Shown here: piece by piece, positions 34,913-44,280 of the stretch | Layout: the number at the start of each line of letters is the position of its first letter | How positions within the stretch are numbered: the first letter of the stretch is position 1 | Assembly (NCBI GenBank): GCA_021780375.1 | Contig: JAJXYT010000111.1 | Span: forward strand, 10,809 to 74,808 | Reading direction: 5' to 3' | DNA length: 64,000 nt | Source: a bacterium | GTDB lineage: Bacteria > Verrucomicrobiota > Verrucomicrobiia > Limisphaerales > UBA11358 | The notes under the pieces: generated by a model | What the model saw: only the letters and a program-made list of their open reading frames with translations | Database searches by the model: none | Told to the model about the DNA's origin: nothing | Program-made: the position numbers and the translations under genes

Positions 34913-35815
34913 TTATGGCACGCGTGGCAAATCCGCCAAGGTTCCCACCACGGTGTCCGCGAGAATCTCCGCGTCACGAGGATCTTTATGCTTGAACTCC
35001 CGCCGATTCAGCCAGAGCACCTCGCGCGTTTGAACATCCACCAGCGCAATGTTATGCTGGAGAGAATTATCCGAGCGCCAGAAAGGATCAACCCAGACAG
35101 GTACCGGCGCCGAGTCCGCTCCCACCAAAACGGCTGCCGCGAGGATGGCCAGGTTAACCCCCACTTCGGCGGTGGCAAGCAATCCGCCGCCGGTCCAATT
35201 CCAAACTACGCGCTGGGTGTGTTTATGCTCCGATTCAAAAAACGCCTTGGTGTCCACCAGCAAGACCGCCTCCGAGTTGGTGGCGCCCATCCAGAACAAC
35301 ACGTTGGTGAGCGAAGAAGTCATCTGGTAATGAAATGGATTGTGTTCAAACCGGGCAGGACTCCACGTTGCCAGGTAACGAAAGAAGCCGAGCGCGGTAT
35401 TGGTCTGGAACGTCAACGGTCGGCCGTCAGCGGGAAAAGGGAATTGCTGCAGCAGGTTTTCGCAAAGGTCCATTTGCACGGTTTCGAGCGGTCCACAGAA
35501 TCCCGTCCCCCACCCGGCGGAGCTTTGGTCACCCTGCCAAAGCTGAACCGGCCCGACTACTTCATAACCTTTCGATTGAAGCTCCCGTCGGATTGTGCGG
35601 ACCAGATCTTTGCCCGATTGCCGGCAGAGCACCTGCAAATCGTTGGTCGAGAGCGAACGGTCAATATTACCCGCGCCCTCGAACCACACCGGCAGAACTT
35701 GCACGTGCCGATGCGCGGCCGGTTGCGCCATGAACCGCTCATCCACCGTCCGGAAGGTGGTCTGGCAGCCGGCCAAGATCACCGCCAGCATCAGAAGCGG
35801 GACGATTTTTTTCAT
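34913..35815 (-). CDS. hypothetical lipoprotein
   Basis: MKKIVPLLMLAVILAGCQT lipobox. No recognisable domain. Confidence 0.7.
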   Translation of the reverse strand: MKKIVPLLMLAVILAGCQTTFRTVDERFMAQPAAHRHVQVLPVWFEGAGNIDRSLSTNDLQVLCRQSGKDLVRTIRRELQSKGYEVVGPVQLWQGDQSSAGWGTGFCGPLETVQMDLCENLLQQFPFPADGRPLTFQTNTALGFFRYLATWSPARFEHNPFHYQMTSSLTNVLFWMGATNSEAVLLVDTKAFFESEHKHTQRVVWNWTGGGLLATAEVGVNLAILAAAVLVGADSAPVPVWVDPFWRSDNSLQHNIALVDVQTREVLWLNRREFKHKDPRDAEILADTVVGTLADLPRVP

Positions 35816-35887
35816 CGTGGCCGGCGCCTTTCAGTTTCAGTGTTGGTTGAGTTTCAAAATTCATTTCCGGCTCGCGGCGCGGAGCTT

Positions 35888-36469
35888 TCAATCCGAACGT
35901 CCGTTGTTCTGAATGAACCCGGCGATTTGGCTGACCGAATATGAAATCAGCCCCATGCGGGTGGACTCATCGGATTTGAAGGTCGGATTATCCGTTAACT
36001 CCATTCCGTGATACGCTTTGCCGCCCTCCAATTCGGCGATGAGTTCTCCGGAGGGCGTCTGGAAATCGGCGGTGAACCTCAAAACGGCCCGCCCCGCGCC
36101 GAAGCCGACCAGTGTGCGCAGAGCGCGATCTCCCTCGTCGAACCGGTGGACCCGCACGTTCATAACCATTTCCGGATCGGTTTCAACCAGCGTGTAGCCG
36201 AGCGCCTGGAGTCTGCCTTTGAGCAATCCTTCGAACATGGGTACGCCCTCTCTGGAATAGGGTGTGTTGACGGCATCAGTGACCATCAGTTTGGCCCGAT
36301 GAAAACGCTGTAAATCCCCGGCTGCCGGCGGAGGCTTCGTCACGCGCGGCGACACGCATCCGACCAGCACACTTGTTGCGGTCGCGAGGAGAATGACCAT
36401 CGCTCTTTTTATGGTCATCGCTTTCAGATTGAACCGGCTTAGTGCCAGACTGCTTATGATCGTTTTCAT
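35888..36469 (-). CDS. hypothetical lipoprotein (possibly DUF4410-like)
   Basis: Lipobox ...ATATSVLVGCVSP and a GFGAGRAVL motif. AAGGA lies upstream of the first ATG. An alternative start is at 36418. Confidence 0.65.
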   Translation of the reverse strand: MKTIISSLALSRFNLKAMTIKRAMVILLATATSVLVGCVSPRVTKPPPAAGDLQRFHRAKLMVTDAVNTPYSREGVPMFEGLLKGRLQALGYTLVETDPEMVMNVRVHRFDEGDRALRTLVGFGAGRAVLRFTADFQTPSGELIAELEGGKAYHGMELTDNPTFKSDESTRMGLISYSVSQIAGFIQNNGRSD

Positions 36470-36497
36470 TTAAGTTCCTTTCTATTAATTGAAGGGT

Positions 36498-36665
36498 TCA
36501 CGTGACGATCAGATCATCTATTCCCCATGGCGTTGGGTCTTTCAAATCGTCGCTGAAGTCATCGCTGCCATTGAAGTTTGCGTAACATGCGTTGGCCAAG
36601 ATTGCCGCCAGGACACCGGCCATTAAAACTGCTTGGTTTGCTTTCATATTGTTTCTGCCTTTCAT
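36498..36665 (-). CDS. possible small secreted peptide (55 aa; not in the ORF track)
   Basis: My own translation: MKGRNNMKANQAVLMAGVLAAILANACYANFNGSDDFSDDLKDPTPWGIDDLIVT*. It has a signal-like N-terminus and an acidic tail, and sits between two minus-strand genes. Confidence 0.3.
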   Translation of the reverse strand: MKGRNNMKANQAVLMAGVLAAILANACYANFNGSDDFSDDLKDPTPWGIDDLIVT

Positions 36666-36727
36666 TTTTTTCCGCCCGTCTCGCCAAAACTGGCGTGTCG
36701 GCCAACGGATTCATCACCACGGCGTGA

Positions 36728-36764
36728 CCGGTTGCGCGAGCCTTTCAGGATCACGCGCAACCGG
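36728..36764 (-). other. 11-bp perfect GC hairpin just downstream of the EEP gene stop
   Basis: CCGGTTGCGCG-15 nt-CGCGCAACCGG. No U-tract. Confidence 0.4.
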
Positions 36765-36789
36765 GTGTTCTGACTCACCCAGCCGTGGC

Positions 36790-37968
36790 TTATTGGAGCC
36801 GGAATTGGGCGCTGATGGCCGCATGATCGGATGCCCAAAGCGGCGGTTGGGTGCGGTCAAGTCCCATGTCCACCACGTTCGCCTGCGTCGGACCGAAGCC
36901 CGCGCCTCTGTAAAACACCAGATCAATGCGACGATTAAACTGGACGAAAGGATTGGCGAGATATTCGTCGTGTCCCCAGGTCAAACCGCCAGTGAGATCG
37001 TCCGGGTGCAACACGGCCCAGGCGTCGCTGAAGCCGGCCGCCGGGAACAGGTCGTAAGCGATCGAACCGTCGCGTCCGTAGGGATCGGCATTGAAATCGC
37101 CGACCATGATGACGGGCAGGTTGACGTTGGCCGGACCGTCCAGGAGTTCCTGCGCTTCGAGGACCTGGATTTCGGGAGCGGTTTCTTCCGTCAAATGCGC
37201 GCAGATATATCTGAAGTTCTCGCCGCGGATGAACACGTCCACGGAGCACCAGCCGTAAAGCAGCGGCAATCCGGTGGGGGTGACCACCACGTTGCTGAAA
37301 TTGTCGCCTTGCGGATTCGTCACGCGGAACTGACCGGGCGGCAAATCGGTTCGGACGAGAATCGCTTCGCGGTCGGTCAGCCGCGCGTCATCAATCGTGT
37401 AGGTCTGTAGATTGAGCATCGGCATCTCGGCGTCGAACCCGCAGGTGACAGCGGCGACGGCATAGTGCGCACCGCGAGCGTTGAGCGCGTCCACGAGCGT
37501 TTGCAGGTAATCGAACACGACATTGGTCGCGGGACTTGTGCCCCCGTAGAGGAGGTCGCCCGGCGATTGAAGGCGGAGGAGCGACGCTTCCTCGACGCTG
37601 ACGAGATCCGGCATCCGCGCCGCGATTTGGTCCGCCACCGCGTGCAGGCGGACTGGCGGCTGGGAGGCGACGATTTCATAAAAAATGCCTGTTACCGCCA
37701 CGACGAGGTTGCTGGCGTAGCCGGGGTCCGTGGGATTAAGTGCCACGGCCCGCTGAAGTCCGCCGCCGACGTAGAGGTTGACCTGCATCACGTCCACGCT
37801 GCGCTTGCCGCCAATCCCGGTCTCCTGGGCTTGAACCGGTGCCGCCGCCATCAACAAGCCCGCCAGCAGCAACGCGCCGAGCAGACCATGCCGCATCCCG
37901 TTTGGCGCGCGAGGCAGCACGCGCCAGGTCGAATTGTTTGCGTCTTGGTACTTTTCATTGATCTTCAT
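36790..37968 (-). CDS. endonuclease/exonuclease/phosphatase (EEP) family protein, secreted
   Basis: Signal peptide ...LLMAAAPVQA. EEP blocks: VMQVNLY, DLVSVEEA, ICAHL, VIMVGDFNADP, ASDHAAISAQF. Confidence 0.8.
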   Translation of the reverse strand: MKINEKYQDANNSTWRVLPRAPNGMRHGLLGALLLAGLLMAAAPVQAQETGIGGKRSVDVMQVNLYVGGGLQRAVALNPTDPGYASNLVVAVTGIFYEIVASQPPVRLHAVADQIAARMPDLVSVEEASLLRLQSPGDLLYGGTSPATNVVFDYLQTLVDALNARGAHYAVAAVTCGFDAEMPMLNLQTYTIDDARLTDREAILVRTDLPPGQFRVTNPQGDNFSNVVVTPTGLPLLYGWCSVDVFIRGENFRYICAHLTEETAPEIQVLEAQELLDGPANVNLPVIMVGDFNADPYGRDGSIAYDLFPAAGFSDAWAVLHPDDLTGGLTWGHDEYLANPFVQFNRRIDLVFYRGAGFGPTQANVVDMGLDRTQPPLWASDHAAISAQFRLQ

Positions 37969-38125
37969 AATGAGTTGTCATTTTCTGCGGCAGACTTTTG
38001 TTGTCATCGGCGTCGGCACTGTCGCCTGTCGCCACCGATGATTACAACGGTTCTGTTTTACCACCCGGTGCGGGCGGATGTTAATCAAAAAAACTGAAAC
38101 CAACATTGAATAAATCGTTGCCAGC

Positions 38126-38359
38126 TTATGGGTGTGGCGACATGCCTGGGGCGCGGCCTGCCGGCGGACAACCAACGCGGTTTTCAACCCGTGTGACAAT
38201 CAATTTCGCCATCGAGGCGGCCACTGGCCGTTTCAGTTTTCCGATCAGATCAGCCGAACCGACGAGCGCACCGGCGCCCATCCCGATCAGGGCCGCGAGC
38301 CAAAGTTCTCTCTCTGGGATTGGGTGAAGCTCGTCTGCTGATCGGTTAGCGGTTTTCAT
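38126..38359 (-). CDS. possible small glycine-zipper membrane protein (77 aa)
   Basis: Internal ATG of ORF 38126..38686, overlapping the WD40 stop by 14 nt. Contains LWLAALIGMGAGALVGSADLIG. Weak evidence. Confidence 0.3.
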   Translation of the reverse strand: MKTANRSADELHPIPERELWLAALIGMGAGALVGSADLIGKLKRPVAASMAKLIVTRVENRVGCPPAGRAPGMSPHP

Positions 38360-39560
38360 AAGGTTTCTCCGGCATTTCGAGCACGACGAATTCGCCGCTG
38401 CGACCGGCGGCGAGCCAGCGGTTGTCGTCAGAAATAGAAATGCCATAGACGTAAGCGGGGCCGTCACTAAAACGCAGCCGCCCGGCTTCCTTGCCCGTCG
38501 CCGTTTCCCAGACGCTGGCGGTGGTGTCGCCCGAACTGGACGCGAGCCGGGAAGCGTCCGACGAGAACGCCAGTGCCACCACCCAGTTCTTATGCGCGTT
38601 AAGAAAACGCAAGCATTTCCCTGAGTCCGTGTCCCAAATGCCGATGTTGTAGGGCGCGTAACCCACGGCGCATAATTTCCCATCACGGCTCATGGCGACG
38701 GAAAGCGGGCCGGAACGATATTTCTCGTCCGCCAGCTCGCGCAGCGTGTGCCCGGTCTCGGCGTCGAGTAATGCGACGGCACCTTCGCGAACCACAGCCA
38801 GGGTTTTTCCGTCGCCCGCAAATGAGACCGCCTGGAAGTCGCAACGCCCGATTTTGCCGGCCCAGAGTTTCTCCCCGTTCGTGGCGTTCAGCATCAGGAG
38901 TGATTCGTCCGGTTTAATCCATGCCCGGTTCGTGCCGTATTTCCCGTTGCAGGCGCAGACCAACCGCGAACCGTCGGGAGTGACCGCCAGCGCCGTTACG
39001 GGCCAGCCCTGCCAATCAAATACCTTTCGGGCGCCGGTTGAACCTTCTTGCCAGACAAAAAGAGAACCCCGTTCCGTCCCGGCGAAAATTTTCATGCCGT
39101 CCTTCGAGGTGGCGAGGCAGCGGGCTGCGTCATCGAGTCCGCCGAGGGTGGCCTCGACTTCGCCTTCGGGCAGCCGGAGGAGTTTCACCTGACCGTCGTC
39201 CTGAGCAACAGCCAGGCGGCGCGTGCCGGGCAGGAACAGCAATTTCGAATTAAAGGCCTCGTCCTTTGACCGGAAGACTTCCTTCAGGGCGAGCGCCGCG
39301 TCTTCGGCGTGTTGCTTCTTCAACTCCGCGGCGCGTGCTTCCATTTCCGGCAACTCCGGGCCGAGCGCCTCGTAAAGGCGGTCGATGCGCTTCGTCTGCC
39401 CGGCCAGTTGCTCGCGAAGCAGGCGGATTTCGTCCGCAGAGTTTGGTGCGGCAGGATTTCCGGTCCCGGCCAACACCGGCAACGGGCCGAATACGCCGAT
39501 GATCATACCGAGCAAGCCGACAAGCTGGCGCAACTTTTTACCGGCAGTCCTGGTTTTCAT
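38346..39560 (-). CDS. exported WD40/beta-propeller repeat protein with N-terminal coiled coil
   Basis: Signal peptide. Coiled-coil segment LRLLREQLAGQTKRIDRLYEAL...AAELKKQHAED. Repeated ..G...A.S.DG..LA....D..I.(L/W).. units. Confidence 0.75.
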   Translation of the reverse strand: MKTRTAGKKLRQLVGLLGMIIGVFGPLPVLAGTGNPAAPNSADEIRLLREQLAGQTKRIDRLYEALGPELPEMEARAAELKKQHAEDAALALKEVFRSKDEAFNSKLLFLPGTRRLAVAQDDGQVKLLRLPEGEVEATLGGLDDAARCLATSKDGMKIFAGTERGSLFVWQEGSTGARKVFDWQGWPVTALAVTPDGSRLVCACNGKYGTNRAWIKPDESLLMLNATNGEKLWAGKIGRCDFQAVSFAGDGKTLAVVREGAVALLDAETGHTLRELADEKYRSGPLSVAMSRDGKLCAVGYAPYNIGIWDTDSGKCLRFLNAHKNWVVALAFSSDASRLASSSGDTTASVWETATGKEAGRLRFSDGPAYVYGISISDDNRWLAAGRSGEFVVLEMPEKPYENR

Positions 39561-39603
39561 GTTTTCCCTCCCGTCGGGTTGCGACGGTTACGGCGGTGCT
39601 CAT

Positions 39604-40209
39604 TCAGTTCCGGTGCTTCAACTGTGTTGGTTCTTCCCAGGCGTTCGTGTTGTTGACGTATTTGAGTATGAACCGCTGCAATTCCTTTGTGTCGGCAGTC
39701 AGAATAATCCGACCACCCTGTTCGTCCCCGGCTTTTTCGCGCAACACCATGTGCCGGATTGCGTTGGGGTGGTTCTTCACCAATTTGGCGAGCCAATCGT
39801 AATTCAGGTTGGCCGTTTCGAGTACCGGCCCGATTCGTGTGACTTTGGACACCTGATGAACCGGCACAAAGTCCAGCGAACGATTGGTGGGGAAAGAATC
39901 CAAAAACAACTGTTGTTTCAGACGAAACAGGTGCACTTCCATGCTGTTGGTTTCGTGCCCGCCAAATACGGTCGCCCAATATCCCTTCTCACCCAACGAT
40001 TCGATCTGCACATATTCGGCGGGCTGATTGGTCGTGCCGGCTTCCACCCATTCGCCGATCAGCGCCGGGTCGAAGACCAAATCTTTGTCCGTGTAATACG
40101 GATAGATGGAGGTGACGACGCAGCCGGCAAAGAACATCATGATTGCGAACAACGCCGCCACCGTGAAGGTGATGCGGCCCGATAGCTGGTTCAGGATTCG
40201 TATTTTCAT
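39604..40209 (-). CDS. hypothetical lipoprotein / membrane-anchored protein
   Basis: N-terminus ITFTVAALFAIMMFFAGCVV. No known domain recognised. Confidence 0.65.
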   Translation of the reverse strand: MKIRILNQLSGRITFTVAALFAIMMFFAGCVVTSIYPYYTDKDLVFDPALIGEWVEAGTTNQPAEYVQIESLGEKGYWATVFGGHETNSMEVHLFRLKQQLFLDSFPTNRSLDFVPVHQVSKVTRIGPVLETANLNYDWLAKLVKNHPNAIRHMVLREKAGDEQGGRIILTADTKELQRFILKYVNNTNAWEEPTQLKHRN

Positions 40210-40277
40210 AATTTACCTTTCATTTTTGCTTTCGGGACGTGGGCGGTGCCACTTTCTCGAAAAATCATTGACTGTTT

Positions 40278-41777
40278 CTACGCCGCGAGCTTTCGTTCCG
40301 GCCGTACCGCGTCCAGCCTCCGCTGTGCGGCGACGGAGGACGGGTGCCGGCCAAAATTCGGCGATGTTTTCAACATGCGTTTGAATTCTGCGCGGCGTTC
40401 GTGCGTTTCCTCCGCGGAGTAAAGCTGCTTCACCAGTTTCAGAAACCCGCTCTGCAATCCGGCAACGCTCATCTTTTTCGGCTGGAAATTGATATCGAAC
40501 AAAGTGCAAAGCTCCCATGCGTTGTCGCGGAGGATGCGGCCTTCCTTTCTCAGCCGCGCATAAAGCGGGGTGCCCGGAAACGCGGTTTGGAACGTCACCT
40601 GCACTTCGTAAAGTCCGGAGTCGCGCACGAAATCCAGCACGTCGTCGAAAGTTTCCGGTGTGTCACCGTCGAGGCCGAGGATAAAACAGCCGTTGACGGT
40701 GATGCCGTAAGACTGGATTTTGGCGATGGCTGTTTTGTAATGTTCCTGCTGGCGAGCCTTCCAGTTGTGTTTGAGTTCGATACCGTTGAGATTGGCACGG
40801 CGCGGGCTTTCCAGGCCGATGAGCACCTGCTGGCAGCCGGAATCGCGCATCAGACCGAGCAATTCGTCGTCCTCCGCCACGCTAATGTCGGCTTCGGTGA
40901 ACCAGCGGACATTTTCCTCCGCCAGTTCGCGGAGCAGTTTTTTGTAATGCGCGTGATGGACAAAGCTGTTGTCGTCGGCAAACTCGATGAACGGCTGGGA
41001 CCAGATTTTTTTAATCTCGCGGATTTCGGCGATGGCTTTTTCCACCGGCTTCACCTTGTAACGCGGCGTCAGCAGAATGGAACTCGCGCAGAACTCGCAG
41101 CGGTGCGGGCAGCCGCGGCTCGTTTGCACGGTCAGGCGGTTGTATTTTTGCGGCGCCAGCAAATCAAAGCGCGGCATCGGCGCGTCGGCCAGGTCAAATT
41201 CCTTCTTCGGCGTGTAAAACGGTTTCAAATCGCCGCGCTCGAAATCCGCGAGTACTTCCGGCCAGAGCAATTCACCTTCGCCGATGACAACGCTGGTGCA
41301 GTGCTCCTTGGCCTGCTCGCGCAACGACGACACCGTGATGCCACCCATGATGACGGGAATTCCTCGCGTTTGGTAAAAATCCGCAACGTCGCACGCCTCG
41401 TAAAATTGCGCCGTGAAGGTGCTGAGGGCGACGAGGTCAAAGTCGGTCGGCAGATCCAGCCTGAAGGTAGCGCGGCCGTCCCCGGCTGCGGGTGGAGGCG
41501 GCGTCTCGCCGCCATTGCCGTTGCCGGGCGGGTCGCCCGGCGAACCCGCAGGCGGGACGCCTGCGCTACGGCGCCAATCAGCGATTTCGTGGTAGGCGAT
41601 TTCAAATCTGTCCGGCGTCAAGCCGGCGAGGGTGAGCAGGCCGAGGCTGGGCAGGGAAGCGATGATTTTATTGCGGTCCACGAAGCCGGGCAGGGTGAGG
41701 CCGAGCCGGGTGAGTTCCTCGTTATGGGCGCGGACGCCGCTCATGGCGATGAAAGCGATGTGTTTTTTTGTATTCAT
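40278..41777 (-). CDS. B12-binding-domain radical SAM protein
   Basis: Start at MNTKKHIAFIAMSG, with an ATGA overlap with the upstream gene. The CX3CX2C motif is SRGCPHRCEFCAS. The N-terminal cobalamin-binding-like domain is interrupted by the low-complexity stretch PPAGSPGDPPGNGNGGETPPPPAAGDG. The ORF-track extension to 42125 overlaps the upstream gene. Confidence 0.8.
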   Translation of the reverse strand: MNTKKHIAFIAMSGVRAHNEELTRLGLTLPGFVDRNKIIASLPSLGLLTLAGLTPDRFEIAYHEIADWRRSAGVPPAGSPGDPPGNGNGGETPPPPAAGDGRATFRLDLPTDFDLVALSTFTAQFYEACDVADFYQTRGIPVIMGGITVSSLREQAKEHCTSVVIGEGELLWPEVLADFERGDLKPFYTPKKEFDLADAPMPRFDLLAPQKYNRLTVQTSRGCPHRCEFCASSILLTPRYKVKPVEKAIAEIREIKKIWSQPFIEFADDNSFVHHAHYKKLLRELAEENVRWFTEADISVAEDDELLGLMRDSGCQQVLIGLESPRRANLNGIELKHNWKARQQEHYKTAIAKIQSYGITVNGCFILGLDGDTPETFDDVLDFVRDSGLYEVQVTFQTAFPGTPLYARLRKEGRILRDNAWELCTLFDINFQPKKMSVAGLQSGFLKLVKQLYSAEETHERRAEFKRMLKTSPNFGRHPSSVAAQRRLDAVRPERKLAA

Positions 41778-42160
41778 AGTTTTGTTACCTCCCATAAAGT
41801 CAAAATCCCGCCGGTGATGAGGCTCACCACGGGCACGGCAAAAATCAGGTGTGCCCTCGGAAAATGCGCCATGACGATGCAGCAAACCGGCGTGGTGATG
41901 GCACCAATGATGAAAGCCCATGACGCGATTTCTACGTGTAATTCCGCCGGAGAAATTGTTTGCAGTGTCAGCCAGAACAGCAGATTCACCGCGCCGAGGC
42001 CGAAGCAGGAAATGTGGCCGAGCCGGTACATCCGGCGTTTGAAGCTGCCATAACCGCCCAGCCAGTTTTCGTGGTGGAAGAACAAGCCCAGCACCAGGCC
42101 GGTCCCCAATCCGAGCAAAATCCACAGCCAGGCGAGGAAAAGATTTGGATTAGATTTCAT
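41774..42160 (-). CDS. small integral membrane protein (4 TM), hypothetical
   Basis: MKSNPNLFLAWLWILLGLGTGLVLGLFF... Hydrophobic throughout. Translationally coupled to the radical SAM gene. Confidence 0.65.
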   Translation of the reverse strand: MKSNPNLFLAWLWILLGLGTGLVLGLFFHHENWLGGYGSFKRRMYRLGHISCFGLGAVNLLFWLTLQTISPAELHVEIASWAFIIGAITTPVCCIVMAHFPRAHLIFAVPVVSLITGGILTLWEVTKL

Positions 42161-42196
42161 TTGAGTGTTTCTGATTGCCTGTTACAAACTTATGGG

Positions 42197-42607
42197 ATGA
42201 AACCCGCCAAAGAAAAGTATTATCGGGGTCTCTTCACCATCGCCGCCTTTTACGACCTGCTGCTCGGCGTCACGTTCACCTTCTTCCCGGCGCGGGCCTT
42301 TGCCGCGCTGGGCATCAGCGAAAAGCTGCCGGCGTTCGGCGGCTATGTCACGCTGCTGGGCGCCTTCCTGCTGGTAATTGGCATCGCCTACGCGTTGATT
42401 TCGCGCGGCCATCTGCGGTGCAACGGGGATTTGATCCTCGTGGGCACGCTTTACAAACTGGCCTATTCGGCGACGGCTTTTTATTACTGGGCGGCGGGTA
42501 CGCTGCCGCACGTCGCGTTCGGCGCGCTGTTCGGCGTGGCCGATGCAGTCTTTTTCGTCCTGATGGCCGAGTGCTGGCTCTGCCTCAAGCGGGAAACCAG
42601 AACCTGA
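42197..42607 (+). CDS. small integral membrane protein, hypothetical
   Basis: Internal ATG of ORF 41960..42607: MKPAKEKYYRGLFTIAAFYDLLLGVTFTFF... Four hydrophobic segments. Confidence 0.6.
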   Translation: MKPAKEKYYRGLFTIAAFYDLLLGVTFTFFPARAFAALGISEKLPAFGGYVTLLGAFLLVIGIAYALISRGHLRCNGDLILVGTLYKLAYSATAFYYWAAGTLPHVAFGALFGVADAVFFVLMAECWLCLKRETRT

Positions 42608-42639
42608 ATTGAAATTGGTTTTCATTTTGAAAACGAGGT

Positions 42640-43230
42640 TCAATAAATGATTTGGAACAGCTTGAACGCCAACCAGCCGAGCAATGCACCGGCGGGCAGG
42701 TCCACGACATAATGTTGTTTGGTGAACAGGCAGCTCAATGCGATCAGCAGCGGAAACGCGACCATCACGGGACCGAAGGACGGATACAGATGCAGTGCGG
42801 TCAGCGTGGCCACCGAAGTATGCATGCTGGGGAAGCTGTTTGAGCGCCCGTCAAAACTTTGAACGAAGGCGAGAAACCGTTCCGACTGTCCCCGGCCCGA
42901 GACAGCGGCACGCCATTCCGCCGGGGTTGTGACCGGAAGAAAGATGAAGAAAGCCATTTGAAATCCAAGCAGCAGCATGTAGCTGATGGCCACGTAGAGA
43001 AATTGGCGCGGTGAGGTGACGGTCCAATTGATGGCGACGATGACAGGGTAATAGAGGAAGCTGTAAATCCACACCCAGCGCGGGCGATACGGGATGCGGT
43101 CGTCAATCGGCAGCCGGAATTCGCGCGGCGACGTCACGTAGTTCCGCTGGCACCAGAAATAAAACTGGTAAACGCCCACGATGAGAAACGCGCTGACCAC
43201 GAGTTGGACGAGACGGTCAATCGGTTGCAT
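42640..43230 (-). CDS. PAP2-superfamily membrane protein lacking the C1 motif (sphingomyelin/IPC-synthase-like phosphotransferase type)
   Basis: C2 motif FPSMHTS and C3 motif HYVVDLPAG are present. There is no KxxxxxxRP motif. About 6 TM segments. Confidence 0.7.
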   Translation of the reverse strand: MQPIDRLVQLVVSAFLIVGVYQFYFWCQRNYVTSPREFRLPIDDRIPYRPRWVWIYSFLYYPVIVAINWTVTSPRQFLYVAISYMLLLGFQMAFFIFLPVTTPAEWRAAVSGRGQSERFLAFVQSFDGRSNSFPSMHTSVATLTALHLYPSFGPVMVAFPLLIALSCLFTKQHYVVDLPAGALLGWLAFKLFQIIY

Positions 43231-43303
43231 GGCTAATGGCGGTTAAGGGCTTGGTCATCCGGACTGTTCCTGCCACACTTATACCGCGGCTGGCGGGCGG
43301 CGG

Positions 43304-43342
43304 GTTAAATGATAAAACATTTGCAACATCGGCTGGATCAAT
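43304..43342. promoter_or_regulatory. conserved intergenic element, copy A
   Basis: GTTAAATGATAAAAC-atttgca-ACATCGGCTGGATCAAT. It lies 74-112 nt upstream of the PAP2 gene start. Confidence 0.6.
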
Positions 43343-43380
43343 CGCTAACTTCATTGGGAATTGCCCTTTTGGCTTCATGG

Positions 43381-44115
43381 TTAAAACTTGAAGGTCAAGG
43401 CCATCAGGACCGAGTGCGTCATGGTCCCGTCTGATTCGAATTCAGTCGGGTTGCCATTAGAATCGAAGCCTGGTCCGACGTCGTGGTCGGTCGTGCCGAG
43501 GAACTTGTAGGCAACGCCAATATCCCACCGGTCGTTGATCGCGTATTTGATGCCCGCCAGGCCCTGGAAGCCAAACGTCGTATCGCTCGCAGTCGTTCCG
43601 CCGAATTCGTTGCTATAATCGCTGAAGACTCCGCCGATACCGCCGCCGACATAAGCCGAGAAATGGCGGCCCAGCGGTTGTGTATAGATCACGTTGACCA
43701 TGATGGGAAGCTCGACCCAATCGACTTCCATGAAATCGGTTCCGAGGAAGAACGAGTTTTTGACCTGATTGACGATGAGGCCGATTTCCAGTTCGGCAGC
43801 CCAATTTTTAGTGAAGTTGTATCCGAAATCGAAATCCAGTCTTGCCCCGGGATCAAACGTCACCTTCTCGCTGTCGCCAATGGGGTCGCTCATGGTGATG
43901 TCCTGTTGCCAGGCAGGACCGAGGTCGAAGCTCAGATACACTTTGCCGCTCAGCGGCGTTGCATAATAACGGCCCGGCATTGTGCCGGTTGGCGCGCCGG
44001 AGTACGGCGTATCGTAGTAGGCGGGCCAGTACGGTTGCGCCTGAAGGCATGATGCGGAGTTTGCCAGGGCAAGTCCGGCAACCCCGGCGAGGATTTTAAT
44101 TCGGATTGTTTTCAT
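43381..44115 (-). CDS. outer-membrane beta-barrel protein (OmpA-N/OmpW-like small barrel)
   Basis: Signal peptide, alternating-hydrophobic strands, Gly/aromatic-rich sequence, and terminal ...ALTFKF. Confidence 0.75.
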   Translation of the reverse strand: MKTIRIKILAGVAGLALANSASCLQAQPYWPAYYDTPYSGAPTGTMPGRYYATPLSGKVYLSFDLGPAWQQDITMSDPIGDSEKVTFDPGARLDFDFGYNFTKNWAAELEIGLIVNQVKNSFFLGTDFMEVDWVELPIMVNVIYTQPLGRHFSAYVGGGIGGVFSDYSNEFGGTTASDTTFGFQGLAGIKYAINDRWDIGVAYKFLGTTDHDVGPGFDSNGNPTEFESDGTMTHSVLMALTFKF

Positions 44116-44206
44116 AGGTTCAGCGGTTTGAGTTTTCGGTTATGGTTATGGTTTTGTCCGACATTGGTGTTTCTGCCTGTCTTGTAACTCCATTGGCCAT
44201 GCAGGT

Positions 44207-44246
44207 GTTAATTGATAAAACTTCGGCGAACATCGGCTGGCTCAAT
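44207..44246. promoter_or_regulatory. conserved intergenic element, copy B
   Basis: GTTAATTGATAAAAC-ttcggcga-ACATCGGCTGGCTCAAT. It lies 92-131 nt upstream of the OMP gene start. Confidence 0.6.
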
Positions 44247-44280
44247 GAGCGGTCTCTCCCTCGGATTTTCAGCGCGTTCG

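Noticed and set aside
42618-42634. GTTTTCA-ttt-TGAAAAC palindrome between convergent genes as a bidirectional terminator
   Set aside because: A 7-bp all-weak A/T-rich stem with no flanking U-tract on either strand. Its stability is too low for a confident terminator call.
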